Assembly (NCBI GenBank): GCA_052389675.1
Contig: JBQTHR010000022.1
Span: 2,891-66,890, forward strand
From: Actinomycetota bacterium
GTDB taxonomy: Bacteria; Actinomycetota; CADDZG01; JAHWKV01
Reading direction: 5' to 3'
Length of the DNA stretch: 64,000 bases
Notes under the pieces: generated by a model
The model's database searches: none
What the model saw: the letters and a program-made list of their open reading frames with translations, nothing else
What the model was told of the DNA's origin: nothing
Position numbers and translations under genes: made by a program
Part shown: piece after piece, positions 1 to 9,082 of the stretch
Layout: each line of letters opens with the position of its first letter
Position numbering within the stretch: position 1 is the first letter of the stretch

Positions 1-1
1 T

Positions 2-196
2 GTAGGGATTGGCCGAGCGACCTCATCGCTCGGGCTGGCCATGGTTGGCGCCGGGGGCTTCCTGATGATCCTTTCGGTAACGCTGCCTACTTTCCGCTTG
101 GTGGATGCGATATTGCGAGGCATCGGCCGTCTGATGTCTCGGCGCCGACCCCAGCCGGAACGGGCCCGACGCAGCGCAAGGTAGGTAGGATTCCCG
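2..196 (+). CDS. possible 3' end of a membrane protein gene entering from upstream of the window (partial)
   Basis: Open frame from window edge to TAG about 196; encodes a hydrophobic stretch (GLAMVGAGGFLMILSVTLP) followed by an Arg-rich tail; no start inside window. Confidence 0.25.
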
Positions 197-226
197 AACC
201 ACGCCGCCCGTCGAAGAATCCGATGG

Positions 227-1405
227 CTACTTCGGCCCGCTTGTACCCTTCTTGGCCCGCATCTCCGCGGCTTTTGCCCGGCCTTCAGCAACCCGAGGGT
301 CGGTACCTTTGGCGATCTCATCGTCAAAGACCCTCTTGCGTACTGCAGCAGCCTCCTCAGCCGACATCTTGGGGCCGCTAGCCGCCGATGCGGCCGCCGG
401 GGCAGAGGGAGCTGCGGGAGCCTGCGCCTCGGCCGGGGCAAAAGCCTGCGTAGCCGCTGCCGGTGCGGCTAGGGAAGCGGTGCCAGCTGCTGGGGACTGT
501 TCTTCAGTGCGCATCCTGGCCGCCTTGGCTCTCGCCTCGGCAACCCGCGGGTCCGTGCCCTTGTCGGTCTCCTCTTTGAGGACGGCTTGGTAGACCTTTT
601 CCGGATCGAGCACCGGACCGGCCGGCGCCGGAGGGGTTAGCGGTGCTGGAGCAGCGGCCGCCGGGGGGGCAGCAGGCACAACCGTTGGAGGGGCTGCCGC
701 CGGAGCAACCGTCGCTGCGGCAGCCGGTACCACCGGGGAGGCAATGGGCGCCGGCGCTCCTACCGGAGCGGGTTCGTAGCTGACCGGCGCGCTCTTAAGT
801 ACCGGCACCAGGTGCTGTTTGAATGGCAGTCCAAGGCCGAGCAACAGGAGCACTCCCAGCAAAGCGCCCACCGGAGGCAGGTACTTCTGAGTGACCGGCG
901 CGTCGGGCGCCGCTTCTTCGGCGGGTGTGGGCGTGGGGGTGGGAGCTGGGGTGGCGGCAGGCGTTTGTGCCCCGGCAGCGGGGGCGCCGGCGGCGGGAGT
1001 GGGCTCGGCATCGCCGGCCGGGGTTGCATCGCCAGCGGCGGGAGTGGGCTCGGCATCGTCGGCCGGGGTTGCATCGCCGGCGGCGGCCACCGTCAAGACG
1101 CCCTCCATACCCAGCGTCACATGGAAGCTGCAGACGTAGTTGATAGTACCGGCCTCCTTGACTACCACCGACTTCTGAGCGCCAGCGTTGATGATGTCTA
1201 TGAAGACCGTTCGATCGGACGACTGGGCATTGTGCGGTGCCACCCCGGTGTTCTTGAAGACAATGGTGTCACCCACGTTCGCCGTGGCGTTCTCCGGGAC
1301 GAACTTGTTGTCCTGGGTCTCGATGGTGATCGTCGCTGCGTGCGCCGTGCCTGCTCCGGCGAGCAGAAAGAGCAGGACAAACGGGAACAGCATTGTGCGG
1401 CGCAT
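227..1405 (-). CDS. membrane-anchored cupredoxin (plastocyanin/azurin-like blue copper domain) with Pro/Ala-rich linker, internal TM helix and duplicated C-terminal motif
   Basis: Signal peptide MRRTMLFPFVLLFLLAGAGTAHA; cupredoxin fold with His..Cys..His..Met ligand pattern (PHNAQ...YVCSFHVTLGM); tandem PAAGDATPAGDAEPTP repeats; TM LGVLLLLGLGL; two copies of IAKGTDPRVAE(A/G)RAKAA(R/E)MR near C-terminus. ORF track start 1426, signal-peptide-compatible Met at 1405. Confidence 0.7.
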   Translation of the reverse strand: MRRTMLFPFVLLFLLAGAGTAHAATITIETQDNKFVPENATANVGDTIVFKNTGVAPHNAQSSDRTVFIDIINAGAQKSVVVKEAGTINYVCSFHVTLGMEGVLTVAAAGDATPADDAEPTPAAGDATPAGDAEPTPAAGAPAAGAQTPAATPAPTPTPTPAEEAAPDAPVTQKYLPPVGALLGVLLLLGLGLPFKQHLVPVLKSAPVSYEPAPVGAPAPIASPVVPAAAATVAPAAAPPTVVPAAPPAAAAPAPLTPPAPAGPVLDPEKVYQAVLKEETDKGTDPRVAEARAKAARMRTEEQSPAAGTASLAAPAAATQAFAPAEAQAPAAPSAPAAASAASGPKMSAEEAAAVRKRVFDDEIAKGTDPRVAEGRAKAAEMRAKKGTSGPK

Positions 1406-1518
1406 CGAGCCTCCTTCGGGCGTCAAGCTTGGTTCAGCTTCGTATCGAATAGGTTGGTGACGAAGATTCTAGTGCACCGGTTGTCTGCTCGGAGTTTTGA
1501 ACCGGGAGCGGCGCAGCC

Positions 1519-2301
1519 TCAGGCGACGATATTGACCGGCGTTCCGGTGGGGGCCAATTCCTTGAGCTTCATGATGTCGTTGTTGCTCAACCGGATGCAC
1601 CCGTTGCTGGAATCCTTCCCGATGGACCCCAGGTTACTGGTGCCGTGTATGGCAATCTGCCCTACCCCGCCCCCGAAATTGGTCAGCACCTCCGAGTAGG
1701 CAGCGACGCTCAGCAGGAACGAGCCGTACGCCCCGGACGGGTTGGAAAAGGGCACCGCGATGTCCACGTAGGAGCGACCCAAGGGAGTGGGCGACTGCGA
1801 CTTGCCCACCGCCACCGTGCTTTCAAACAACGTTTCCTCGCCGCGCAGAACCCGGATCATCCGATCCGACCGGTCAATCTCAATGCGGTTCGGAACTTTG
1901 CGAATGCGCACGTCGGCGCTCTTAATCCAGCCGATGCTGCCGTTGGGCCGCATGGGGAGCATGACCTTCAGCCAGTCGCCCTGCTCTTCCAGGACGCCAA
2001 AGACCAGAAGCACTCCTTCGCGAGTGGGGTTCTTCATGGAGCGGGCTGGTTCAACTCCGTTCGGTCCGTCGAAGATGGGCACATTGGGGATTGCGGCATC
2101 GGCAACCAGCGAGTCCCCGGTGGCCGTCCCCAAAGCCGAACTAGCCGGCTCCGTCCGGGCGCTGGGCGCCACGGCATGGCCGATGAACCTTGCTGCTCCG
2201 GCCGCCTTGCCACCCTGCTCGGCGGCGTGAACGGCCGGAGCCATGAGCCCGGCCAGCAGGCTTAGCGCAGTTCCCAGGACAAGCACGCGGCATCGCCTCA
2301 T
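1519..2301 (-). CDS. L,D-transpeptidase (YkuD domain) secreted protein
   Basis: Signal peptide; C-terminal catalytic motif HGTSNLGSIGKDSSNGCIRL typical of YkuD L,D-transpeptidases. Confidence 0.8.
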   Translation of the reverse strand: MRRCRVLVLGTALSLLAGLMAPAVHAAEQGGKAAGAARFIGHAVAPSARTEPASSALGTATGDSLVADAAIPNVPIFDGPNGVEPARSMKNPTREGVLLVFGVLEEQGDWLKVMLPMRPNGSIGWIKSADVRIRKVPNRIEIDRSDRMIRVLRGEETLFESTVAVGKSQSPTPLGRSYVDIAVPFSNPSGAYGSFLLSVAAYSEVLTNFGGGVGQIAIHGTSNLGSIGKDSSNGCIRLSNNDIMKLKELAPTGTPVNIVA

Positions 2302-2304
2302 GTC

Positions 2305-3129
2305 TCAACGCTCCCTGAAGTAGATCGCTCTATAGCTTTCCGCATATTCGAATCTATCCTCGGACTGCTGGCCGGCATCTCGGGCAAAGCCCTTGATCCG
2401 GTCCGCAATCTGGTCGCCAAATTCGGGCGTTTGAGAATAGTGCACCAGGACTGAGCGAATTTTGGTATCCATACTGCCCGTTATGTCGACAAAATAGTTC
2501 GGCTGGCCGGTCAGGCCGAACAGAGCCGCCTTTAGGTGGTGCGGCTCGAACCCCTTGTCGAAAAGCTCCTCGCGGTACACCGGCAACGTGGCGGCGCCTG
2601 GGCTGATCGCGGCACACAGCGCCTCGCCCACCTTGCGATGATCCGGGTGATTGATGTACTGATCGTGGAAGAAGTAGGTAGTTGGATCGGGCCCGATCAC
2701 CAGGTCCGGCTTGTGCCGGCGGATCTCCCGGATCATGTCCCGGCGCAACTCGTGAGAGTCCTCCACATGGCAGTCCTCGTAGCCCAAGAAGACAACGTCG
2801 GAAATCCCGGTGACCTGTGCCGCCGCTCGCTGCTCGCTCATCCGGGCGGCTATCAACTCCTCTCGCACCATCGCCGGGTCATTGGAGCCGTGCGACCCGT
2901 TGGTCACGACGCAAAGCACCACCTCCTTACCCTCGGCAGCCCACTTGATGCTGGATCCGCCGGCCATGAACTCTCCGTCGTCGGGGTGAGCGAAGAAAAT
3001 CAAGACCTTCTGGAAATCCAGCTCGTTCAAGGGGCGACACGCCCACAGTGCTCGAAGGCCCGGTGGGTAACCGGCATGAGCGATGCGAAGAAGTCCTCCA
3101 CAACCCGCCCGTATTCGGCGATCTCCCAC
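2305..3129 (-). CDS. PIG-L/LmbE family N-acetylglucosaminyl deacetylase (mycothiol/bacillithiol-type deacetylase family)
   Basis: LIFFAHPDDGEFMAGGS motif (AHPDD Zn-binding signature of LmbE family); true start probably downstream of ORF-track Met (possibly non-ATG). Confidence 0.7.
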   Translation of the reverse strand: MGDRRIRAGCGGLLRIAHAGYPPGLRALWACRPLNELDFQKVLIFFAHPDDGEFMAGGSSIKWAAEGKEVVLCVVTNGSHGSNDPAMVREELIAARMSEQRAAAQVTGISDVVFLGYEDCHVEDSHELRRDMIREIRRHKPDLVIGPDPTTYFFHDQYINHPDHRKVGEALCAAISPGAATLPVYREELFDKGFEPHHLKAALFGLTGQPNYFVDITGSMDTKIRSVLVHYSQTPEFGDQIADRIKGFARDAGQQSEDRFEYAESYRAIYFRER

Positions 3130-3761
3130 AGGGCGTTATCGGCGTTGCGCAAAGATATGAAGTTCATCAAGGCTCGAGCGTTCACCGTCCAGTAAAACTC
3201 CGTGTACAGGCCCACGGGCAGGACCAATCGCGCCACCTCTCGGGCAACGCCGAGCTCCAGCATATCCCGGTATCGATCCCAAGCTTGCCGGTACTGTTCG
3301 GCGATAATCCCCTGGACTTTGGCCGCCGCCTCCGGCTCCATCGGCTCAAACGTGTACGCCCCGGGCTTGCCGGTCTGCCGGCGCACCTGGGGGGCCGCCG
3401 GGACGTAAAACTCGTCGATTGCCTCCGAATAGCGCAGGCTGTGCTCGTTGAAGCTGCTCCAGCGATGGCGCATCCACTCCCGAGCAACCGCGATCGGGCA
3501 GCGGACGTGGAAGCGGAACAGGTTGTGCTCGAACGGCGAGGCGTGCTTTTCCCTCATGAGGAACCCGATCAGCTTCTCGTCCCGCTCCTGCATCACCTCC
3601 TTCATCTGGAGGAAGGAGACCCGAGCACCGTTGACCACCGACAGATCGGTGGCCTCGGCGGCATCCAGGCGGACGAATCCATGGTCCAAGACGTCGATTC
3701 TCTCGCCTACTGTGGGCACGGGTTCCTCGGAGTCGTTCCAACGGGCACCGAAATGGCGCAC
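3027..3761 (-). CDS. thyX: flavin-dependent thymidylate synthase ThyX
   Basis: ThyX signature RHRWSSFNEHSLRYSE (RHRX7-8S motif); length 244 aa. Confidence 0.9.
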   Translation of the reverse strand: MRHFGARWNDSEEPVPTVGERIDVLDHGFVRLDAAEATDLSVVNGARVSFLQMKEVMQERDEKLIGFLMREKHASPFEHNLFRFHVRCPIAVAREWMRHRWSSFNEHSLRYSEAIDEFYVPAAPQVRRQTGKPGAYTFEPMEPEAAAKVQGIIAEQYRQAWDRYRDMLELGVAREVARLVLPVGLYTEFYWTVNARALMNFISLRNADNALWEIAEYGRVVEDFFASLMPVTHRAFEHCGRVAP

Positions 3762-4820
3762 ACTTCGAAGGTGAAGCGTCCACTTATCCTAATGGTCGTA
3801 CTGGTGGTCCTGGGGTTCGCCGGGAACGCGGTTTCCAAGAGCCCGCCGGTTCCGGCGGCCCCGGCGGAGCCGGAGACCCAAATTCCATTGGCGTTCCCGG
3901 CGTCGATCATCAGCGTCGAGCCGCCAGAACCCTCCCCGTCACCATCGCCGGAACCCTCGCCCACCCCTTCCCCGGTCGATAAAACCATGAAGGTGGGATC
4001 GAATGGCCCGGAGGTTCTGCAACTGGAACAGCGCCTGGCCGAACTGCGTTACCTGTCCGGCAAGGTCGACGGGACCTTCGACAGCTCCACCCGCCACGGA
4101 CTCATCGCCTTCCAAAAGGTCGAGGGGCTGCAGCGCAGCGGAGTGGGCGACGCGCCGACTCTGGCCCGCTTGGCCGTCGCAGGCGTGCCGGCGCCGAGGT
4201 TCACCACGCCGGCCGAGCACCTGGAGGTAGACGTTGCCCGCCAGGTAGTATTCGTGGTCCGGGCAGGTGCGGTGAGTGAGATCCTACCCACCTCAACCGG
4301 CACCAACAAGCTGTTTACCAACGGCGGATGGACCCGCCGGGCGGTCACCCCCAACGGCGTCTTCAAGATCTCGCGCAAGATCAACGGCATGCGCATTTCG
4401 CCGCTGGGCGAACTCTACAAACCGTCCTACTTCAACGGCGGAATCGCCTTCCACGGGAGCCCGTCCGTGCCGACCGGCCCGGCGTCACATGGCTGCGTCC
4501 GCGTGCCGATGCCCTTCGCCACCGGGTTTTTCGATAACGCCTCTCCTATAGGGATGACGGTTTACGTCCATGCGGGGCCGAGCGGAGAAAACCCGCAGCC
4601 GGTCATCGACGATGCTCCGGCACCACTGCCCGCAATCGCCGAAGAGCCGCCTGCTTCGCCTGAGCCTTCGGCGGCGGACGCCCCGGCGGCGCCAACAATT
4701 CCGGCAGAGCCACTTCCCAGTCCTGCTTTGTCGCCCAGCCCGACTCCGTCGCCCGATCAGGCTCCGCCGGACGTACCGGCGCCGTCGCCGCTGCCGACTG
4801 CGTCGTTTCCCTTCTCCTGA
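3753..4820 (+). CDS. peptidoglycan-binding domain + L,D-transpeptidase (YkuD) protein with Pro-rich C-terminal tail
   Basis: Signal/TM MVVLVVLGFAG; PG_binding_1-like segment (LQLEQRLAELRYLSGKVDGTFDSSTRHGLIAFQK); catalytic HGSPSVPTGPASHGCVRV; start taken at in-frame ATG 3753 (GTG about 3771 also possible); the ORF-track 5' extension overlaps thyX and is not coding. Confidence 0.8.
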   Translation: MAHTSKVKRPLILMVVLVVLGFAGNAVSKSPPVPAAPAEPETQIPLAFPASIISVEPPEPSPSPSPEPSPTPSPVDKTMKVGSNGPEVLQLEQRLAELRYLSGKVDGTFDSSTRHGLIAFQKVEGLQRSGVGDAPTLARLAVAGVPAPRFTTPAEHLEVDVARQVVFVVRAGAVSEILPTSTGTNKLFTNGGWTRRAVTPNGVFKISRKINGMRISPLGELYKPSYFNGGIAFHGSPSVPTGPASHGCVRVPMPFATGFFDNASPIGMTVYVHAGPSGENPQPVIDDAPAPLPAIAEEPPASPEPSAADAPAAPTIPAEPLPSPALSPSPTPSPDQAPPDVPAPSPLPTASFPFS

Positions 4821-5174
4821 GCCACTCCGCTGCCCCTCGAGCACCGGCTGGGCGGCACCAGTTCGGGTCTGTCAGGCCACGCGCCCAACGCCAGGATAGC
4901 GGTCGAAATCACGATGGAAAGTCACCTCCTGCATGGCCGCGATGTGCACAGAGTCTCGCACGGACCAGCGAAGAGGAGCTGGCGCCGGTGCAAGTTGCCT
5001 TGGAATGAGTTTGCCCCCGCATAGTCACGGCTGCCCTTTCTCGGCGCCGAAGGGGTTCAGGGGGACCCGGCAGACCGCATGATCGCAGCAACCGCTCTGC
5101 GCCAACAGATCCCACTCATAACCAAGGACGCCAGGTTGCAAGGCTCCTCTCGGTTGACCACCATCGGGTAGTAG

Positions 5175-6965
5175 CTACAGAGGCGGGGCGGGAGGTAGTT
5201 GGTTGCTGCCCGGGGGCAAAGTCGCCGTACTGGCTGCAATGTCTGCGGTGATCTCTCGCATCAAGTTGTCCAGTTCGTCGCCCACCAGTTCCTCGCGAGC
5301 CAGCAATTCGTCCCGAATCCGTTCCACTGCCGTCCGGCGGCGCTCCAGGATCTCCCGAACCTCCAGCTTGCAGCGGGCGAGCAACTCGTTGACTTCCTTC
5401 TTGACCCCCTCATCGCTCAACATGATCGAGTTGCGATCGGTGCCAAAGGTCGGGTAGAGGACCTCGAAGGAGAACAGCCTGCGGCCCATACCCCAGCGGC
5501 CGATGTAGTCCAACGCCAAGTTGGTGACGTTGTAAAGATCGCTGGTGGTGCCCGAGGTGGAGGTGTTGAACCACATCTCCTCCGCCACCATCCCGCCCAG
5601 CGAGACCCGGATCCGGTTGAGCACATCGTCTTTGGTTAGGCCGAACCGTTCGTCGCGCTCCACCGAGTAGACCATGCCCAAGGTGGACTCCCGCTTGATG
5701 ATCGTGATGATCTGGATCTGCCAGTCTTTGGACATGAGTTCGTGGTTTACTACCGCGTGGCCCGCCTCGTGGACTGCGGTCATTACCTTCTCGTTCGGGG
5801 TATAGCTGACCTTCTGCTTGAGACCGATGTCATCGATCATCTTCGCTGCCCAGATGTCGTTCCAGGTGAGCGAGTCCCGCCCGTCTTGCAGCGCGACGAT
5901 TAACGCCTCGTTAATGATGTTTTTGATTCGGGCGGGCGAATAGTAAATGGTTGCCTGAGCAAAGCGGTCCAGATCGATCTCCTCGTGCTGAACCTTGTCC
6001 AGGTAGTACTGAATGACGTCTTTGCGGCCGTCCTTGTCGGGCAGGCCGACGTAAATCTTGCGATCGAACCGGCCGGGGCGCAGCAGCGCCGGGTCCAGGT
6101 CCCGCGACCGGTTGGTGGCGCCGATGATCAGCAAATTGTGCTGGGGCACCTTGGGCTTCATGCGCATGAGCCGCCGGATATGGCGCTTCCAGCCGCGGGG
6201 CATGACCAAGCCGTCCATCTGAACCAGCAGCTCATTGATGATGCCCATCCCGCTGCCTCCGCCGCCGCCCATGATGAACCGGTCGACGAAGCGCTGCGGA
6301 TCGCTGGCCGACTTGCGCGCGCCCTCCATGGGCATGCTGCCGCGGGAACCGATCGCGTCGATCTCGTCGATGAAGATCACCGCGCCGTCATAAATGCGGG
6401 CGTACTTTTTGGCCTTGCGGAACAGCATCATCACCCGAAGGTTGCCGATGCCCATAAACATGTTGGCGAAGCCGCTGGCCGGAGTGTAGATGAAGGGCAC
6501 GCCCACCGTGCCCGCCACCGCCTTAGCCATCAGCGTCTTGCCGGTGCCCGGGGGACCCTCGAAGAGCAGACCGTGGGGCGGGTAGCCGCCAATTTTCTTG
6601 AACTCGCGAAAGCCCCGGAACAGCTTGACCACTTCCTGCACGGACTCGACCACCGGCTTTTGGCCGCGCACATCGTCGAAGGTGACGTCGTACTCGTTGG
6701 GAAAGATCGTGTAGGCCCGCCCCCGGGAGAGGAACCAGAAGATGGCGGCAAACTGGACGATCATGAACATCGAGACCGAGATCAGGGTCATCGCCAGCCT
6801 CCCCAGCCGGGAGAGCGCGTCGAACGCGCCGCACTGGGCCGGCATTCCGGTGGTGGGGTCGGCACAGTTTCCGTAAAGCTGGATGGTCCATGAGAAGGCG
6901 GTCCACAATAAAGCGAGAATTATGATGCGCGGCAGCCATAAGCTAAGCCGGTTTTTCAGAACCAT
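5175..6965 (-). CDS. FtsH-family AAA+ ATPase / zinc metalloprotease (atypical, short extracytoplasmic loop)
   Basis: Walker A GPPGTGKTLMAKAVAG, Walker B IFIDEIDAIG, second region of homology, HEAGHAVV zinc-binding HEXXH; two N-terminal TM helices. Confidence 0.8.
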   Translation of the reverse strand: MVLKNRLSLWLPRIIILALLWTAFSWTIQLYGNCADPTTGMPAQCGAFDALSRLGRLAMTLISVSMFMIVQFAAIFWFLSRGRAYTIFPNEYDVTFDDVRGQKPVVESVQEVVKLFRGFREFKKIGGYPPHGLLFEGPPGTGKTLMAKAVAGTVGVPFIYTPASGFANMFMGIGNLRVMMLFRKAKKYARIYDGAVIFIDEIDAIGSRGSMPMEGARKSASDPQRFVDRFIMGGGGGSGMGIINELLVQMDGLVMPRGWKRHIRRLMRMKPKVPQHNLLIIGATNRSRDLDPALLRPGRFDRKIYVGLPDKDGRKDVIQYYLDKVQHEEIDLDRFAQATIYYSPARIKNIINEALIVALQDGRDSLTWNDIWAAKMIDDIGLKQKVSYTPNEKVMTAVHEAGHAVVNHELMSKDWQIQIITIIKRESTLGMVYSVERDERFGLTKDDVLNRIRVSLGGMVAEEMWFNTSTSGTTSDLYNVTNLALDYIGRWGMGRRLFSFEVLYPTFGTDRNSIMLSDEGVKKEVNELLARCKLEVREILERRRTAVERIRDELLAREELVGDELDNLMREITADIAASTATLPPGSNQLPPAPPL

Positions 6966-7045
6966 ACGGAATTCCCCACGTCAGGTACGAAGTTTCGAAC
7001 GTTTAAGTATAGGACTGCCTTTGTAACTAAGGGTAACCATGCGCC

Positions 7046-7627
7046 CTACTCCAGGTCCGACTCCAGCGGGAAGGTGACCGGGCCCTCCGGGTCAAAGGTT
7101 GGTAGCTGCAAACCGCACTCCTCGAACAGGGCAACTATTTGCCGCCGTTCCCAACCCTTACGGCGCAGCGTGGCTAGAAGGTTCACCGCAGCGAAATCCT
7201 TGCCGCAATAGGGGCAGTAGGACCACTCGGCAACCGGCTGGGAAAGCGGGCTGCCGCAATAAGAGCAAACGCCGGCGGGCGTGCGGTCCTCCCGGTAGGA
7301 CTCGTAGCCGTCCAAAAATCCACGTGCGTAGTCCCAGGTGACGTACTCGTCCGGGTCGGGCTCCCAGGCAGGCTCGTGAACTGGAGTGGTTCCCGAGTCG
7401 AGGATCTGCTGCAGGTTCCCGGCAAGCAGGTCCCAACCGAGGTAATGATCGTCGTCACAGTCCGGACAAAAGACCACCACACCCTTAATGCCCTTGTCGG
7501 ACAACACAGTCTTCAGGGTCTTGACGTCGACGAGGTCCTGGTTGAGCGCCTCCCGCTCCGCTGCGTCAACCGGGCCGAAGTCTTCGCCCTCGAAGATCGG
7601 CTCCTCGTTATGCTCTTCTGAAGGCAT
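7046..7627 (-). CDS. conserved actinobacterial hypothetical protein with CxxC...CxxC zinc-ribbon (DUF5319-like)
   Basis: FCPDCDDDH and CSYCGSPL...CPYCGK cysteine pairs; divergently paired with a DUF3107-like gene as is common in actinobacteria. Confidence 0.5.
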   Translation of the reverse strand: MPSEEHNEEPIFEGEDFGPVDAAEREALNQDLVDVKTLKTVLSDKGIKGVVVFCPDCDDDHYLGWDLLAGNLQQILDSGTTPVHEPAWEPDPDEYVTWDYARGFLDGYESYREDRTPAGVCSYCGSPLSQPVAEWSYCPYCGKDFAAVNLLATLRRKGWERRQIVALFEECGLQLPTFDPEGPVTFPLESDLE

Positions 7628-7652
7628 CGCTCGACCATTCTATTCGACCAAC

Positions 7653-7916
7653 ATGGCGGGCAAGACAATTCAAAGGAGGACCCCGCTCTTGGAGATTCGA
7701 ATCGGCATAGTGGACTCATCCAAGGAGATCTCGCTCGACATCAATGAGGACCTCGACGCATTGACCAAGCGCATTGAGGAGTCCGTCAAGTCGCAGGGCA
7801 CCGTGTTGTGGCTGACCGACGAGAAGGGCAAGAAGGTTGGCATCCCGGCGGGCAAGGTGACCTACGTGGAGATAGATCCTGAGAGCGTCCCACGATCGGT
7901 GGGCTTCAGGCCGTAG
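7653..7916 (+). CDS. DUF3107 family protein
   Basis: LEIRIGIVDSSKEISLDI...VLWLTDEKGKKVGIPAGKVTYVEI matches the conserved DUF3107 pattern; start at in-frame ATG 7653 (the upstream ORF-track portion overlaps the opposite-strand gene). Confidence 0.6.
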   Translation: MAGKTIQRRTPLLEIRIGIVDSSKEISLDINEDLDALTKRIEESVKSQGTVLWLTDEKGKKVGIPAGKVTYVEIDPESVPRSVGFRP

Positions 7917-7926
7917 TATCCGAAGC

Positions 7927-8340
7927 ATGGCCGGTCCCCCGAAAAACTTTGCCTCGCTGTTGCGGGCCCGCCGCGCCTATTTGGCAACAAGCGGCCCCGA
8001 CGGCACCGCCGAGGTCGCCCCGGTGTGCTTCACCTGGGCGGGTGAGGCGATTTGGATCGCGGTGGAGGCCCAGCGCCGCCTCCGGGCGGCTGGGATGAAC
8101 AAAGTGACCTTCATGGTCGATAGGTGGGATGAGGACTGGGCGAAGCTGTCCTGGCTGGTGGCCAAGGGCCGGGCGACCGTGCTGCCTGACGGACCTGAGG
8201 CCGACCGGGCACTGGCGGCGCTTGAAAGCAAATACCAGCAGTACCTGAAGAACCCGCACGACGGGTCGATCATCCGGCTGGACGTGGAGTCCTGGAAGGG
8301 CACCGACGCTTTGGATCCGGACAACGCCGAGTACAGCTGA
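7927..8340 (+). CDS. pyridoxamine 5'-phosphate oxidase-like (PPOX class, probably F420/FMN-binding split-barrel) protein
   Basis: About 137 aa; N-terminal LLRARRAYLATSGPDGTAEVAPVCFTW pattern typical of PPOX-class split-barrel proteins. Confidence 0.55.
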   Translation: MAGPPKNFASLLRARRAYLATSGPDGTAEVAPVCFTWAGEAIWIAVEAQRRLRAAGMNKVTFMVDRWDEDWAKLSWLVAKGRATVLPDGPEADRALAALESKYQQYLKNPHDGSIIRLDVESWKGTDALDPDNAEYS

Positions 8341-8367
8341 GCCGGGGTTGGTGATCGCGGAGCGCAG

Positions 8368-8398
8368 CTCCATGATGCTACTATGTAGCATCATGGAG
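8368..8398. promoter_or_regulatory. perfect inverted repeat (14-bp arms, 3-bp spacer) overlapping antitoxin start codon; candidate TA operator
   Basis: ctccatgatgctac-tat-gtagcatcatggag; right arm contains the ATG of the Phd/YefM antitoxin. Confidence 0.6.
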
Positions 8399-8659
8399 CG
8401 TATCGGGGTCAGGGAACTTCGTCAGCACGCCAGCAGGTACCTGGCCAGGGTTGAGCGGGGGGAGAGTTTGACCGTAACCGACCGGGGCCGTCCGGTGGCC
8501 CGGCTTATTCCCGTTCTCGAAGACCGATGGGCCGACCTGATCGCCTCCGGCAAAGTGATTGCAGCCCGCGCCGGCTCTGACCTTCTGACGGAAGCTCCTG
8601 GCAACTACCCGGTTAATGCGTCGGAAGTACTGGCGTCAATCCGAGCCGAGGAGAGGTGA
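8393..8659 (+). CDS. type II antitoxin, Phd/YefM family
   Basis: MERIGVRELRQHASRYLARVERGESLTVTDRGRPVARLIPV is a classical Phd/YefM N-terminal domain; overlaps downstream PIN toxin gene. Confidence 0.8.
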   Translation: MERIGVRELRQHASRYLARVERGESLTVTDRGRPVARLIPVLEDRWADLIASGKVIAARAGSDLLTEAPGNYPVNASEVLASIRAEER

Positions 8660-9059
8660 GGTTAAGCTCTATCTCGACTCGTCGGCAATCGTCAAGCTCG
8701 TCAGGCAGGAAAAGGAGACGGCGGCCCTTCGCAGGTTCCTCAAGGATCACTCAGGAGACACCCCGGTAACCAGCGCTCTCGCCCGGGTAGAGGTTATTCG
8801 AGCGGTAACCGACGGTGGCCCTTCGGCCTTGGCGCACGCCCGGCGCCAGCTGAGCAAAATCGACCAAGTGGTTATCGACAATGATCTGCTCGACTCGGCC
8901 GCCAACCTGTCTTCGTCGCCACATCTTCGTTCTTTGGACGCAGTGCACCTCGCCTCCGCCCGCCTTCTGGGCAGCGAATTACGGGCCGTAGTGACCTATG
9001 ACCAGCGGATGAGCGCAGCTGCCGAGGCCCTGGCAATGGTGGTTGCACTCCCCACCTGA
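8616..9059 (+). CDS. vapC: PIN-domain ribonuclease toxin (VapC-like)
   Basis: KLYLDSSAIVKLVRQEKETAALRRF... PIN-domain N-terminal acidic motif; conserved acidic residues downstream (LDSAANL..., DAVHLASA); overlaps antitoxin stop; exact start uncertain. Confidence 0.75.
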   Translation: MRRKYWRQSEPRRGEVKLYLDSSAIVKLVRQEKETAALRRFLKDHSGDTPVTSALARVEVIRAVTDGGPSALAHARRQLSKIDQVVIDNDLLDSAANLSSSPHLRSLDAVHLASARLLGSELRAVVTYDQRMSAAAEALAMVVALPT

Positions 9060-9082
9060 CAGCGGACCAGCACTTCGGGTCC

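Noticed and set aside
812-1699. Long + strand ORFs (295 aa and others) antisense to the cupredoxin gene, and many similar antisense ORFs throughout (e.g. 5985..6893, 22921..23763, 37174..38349, 38659..39783, 43744..44445)
   Set aside because: High-GC genomes produce long spurious open frames on the opposite strand of real genes. These have Arg/Pro/Gly-rich junk composition and no motifs, while the opposite strand carries clear conserved domains.
3048-3752. 5' extension of the 590-aa ORF giving a much longer L,D-transpeptidase
   Set aside because: The extension is antisense to thyX and has junk composition. The signal peptide and domain homology begin only at about 3753.
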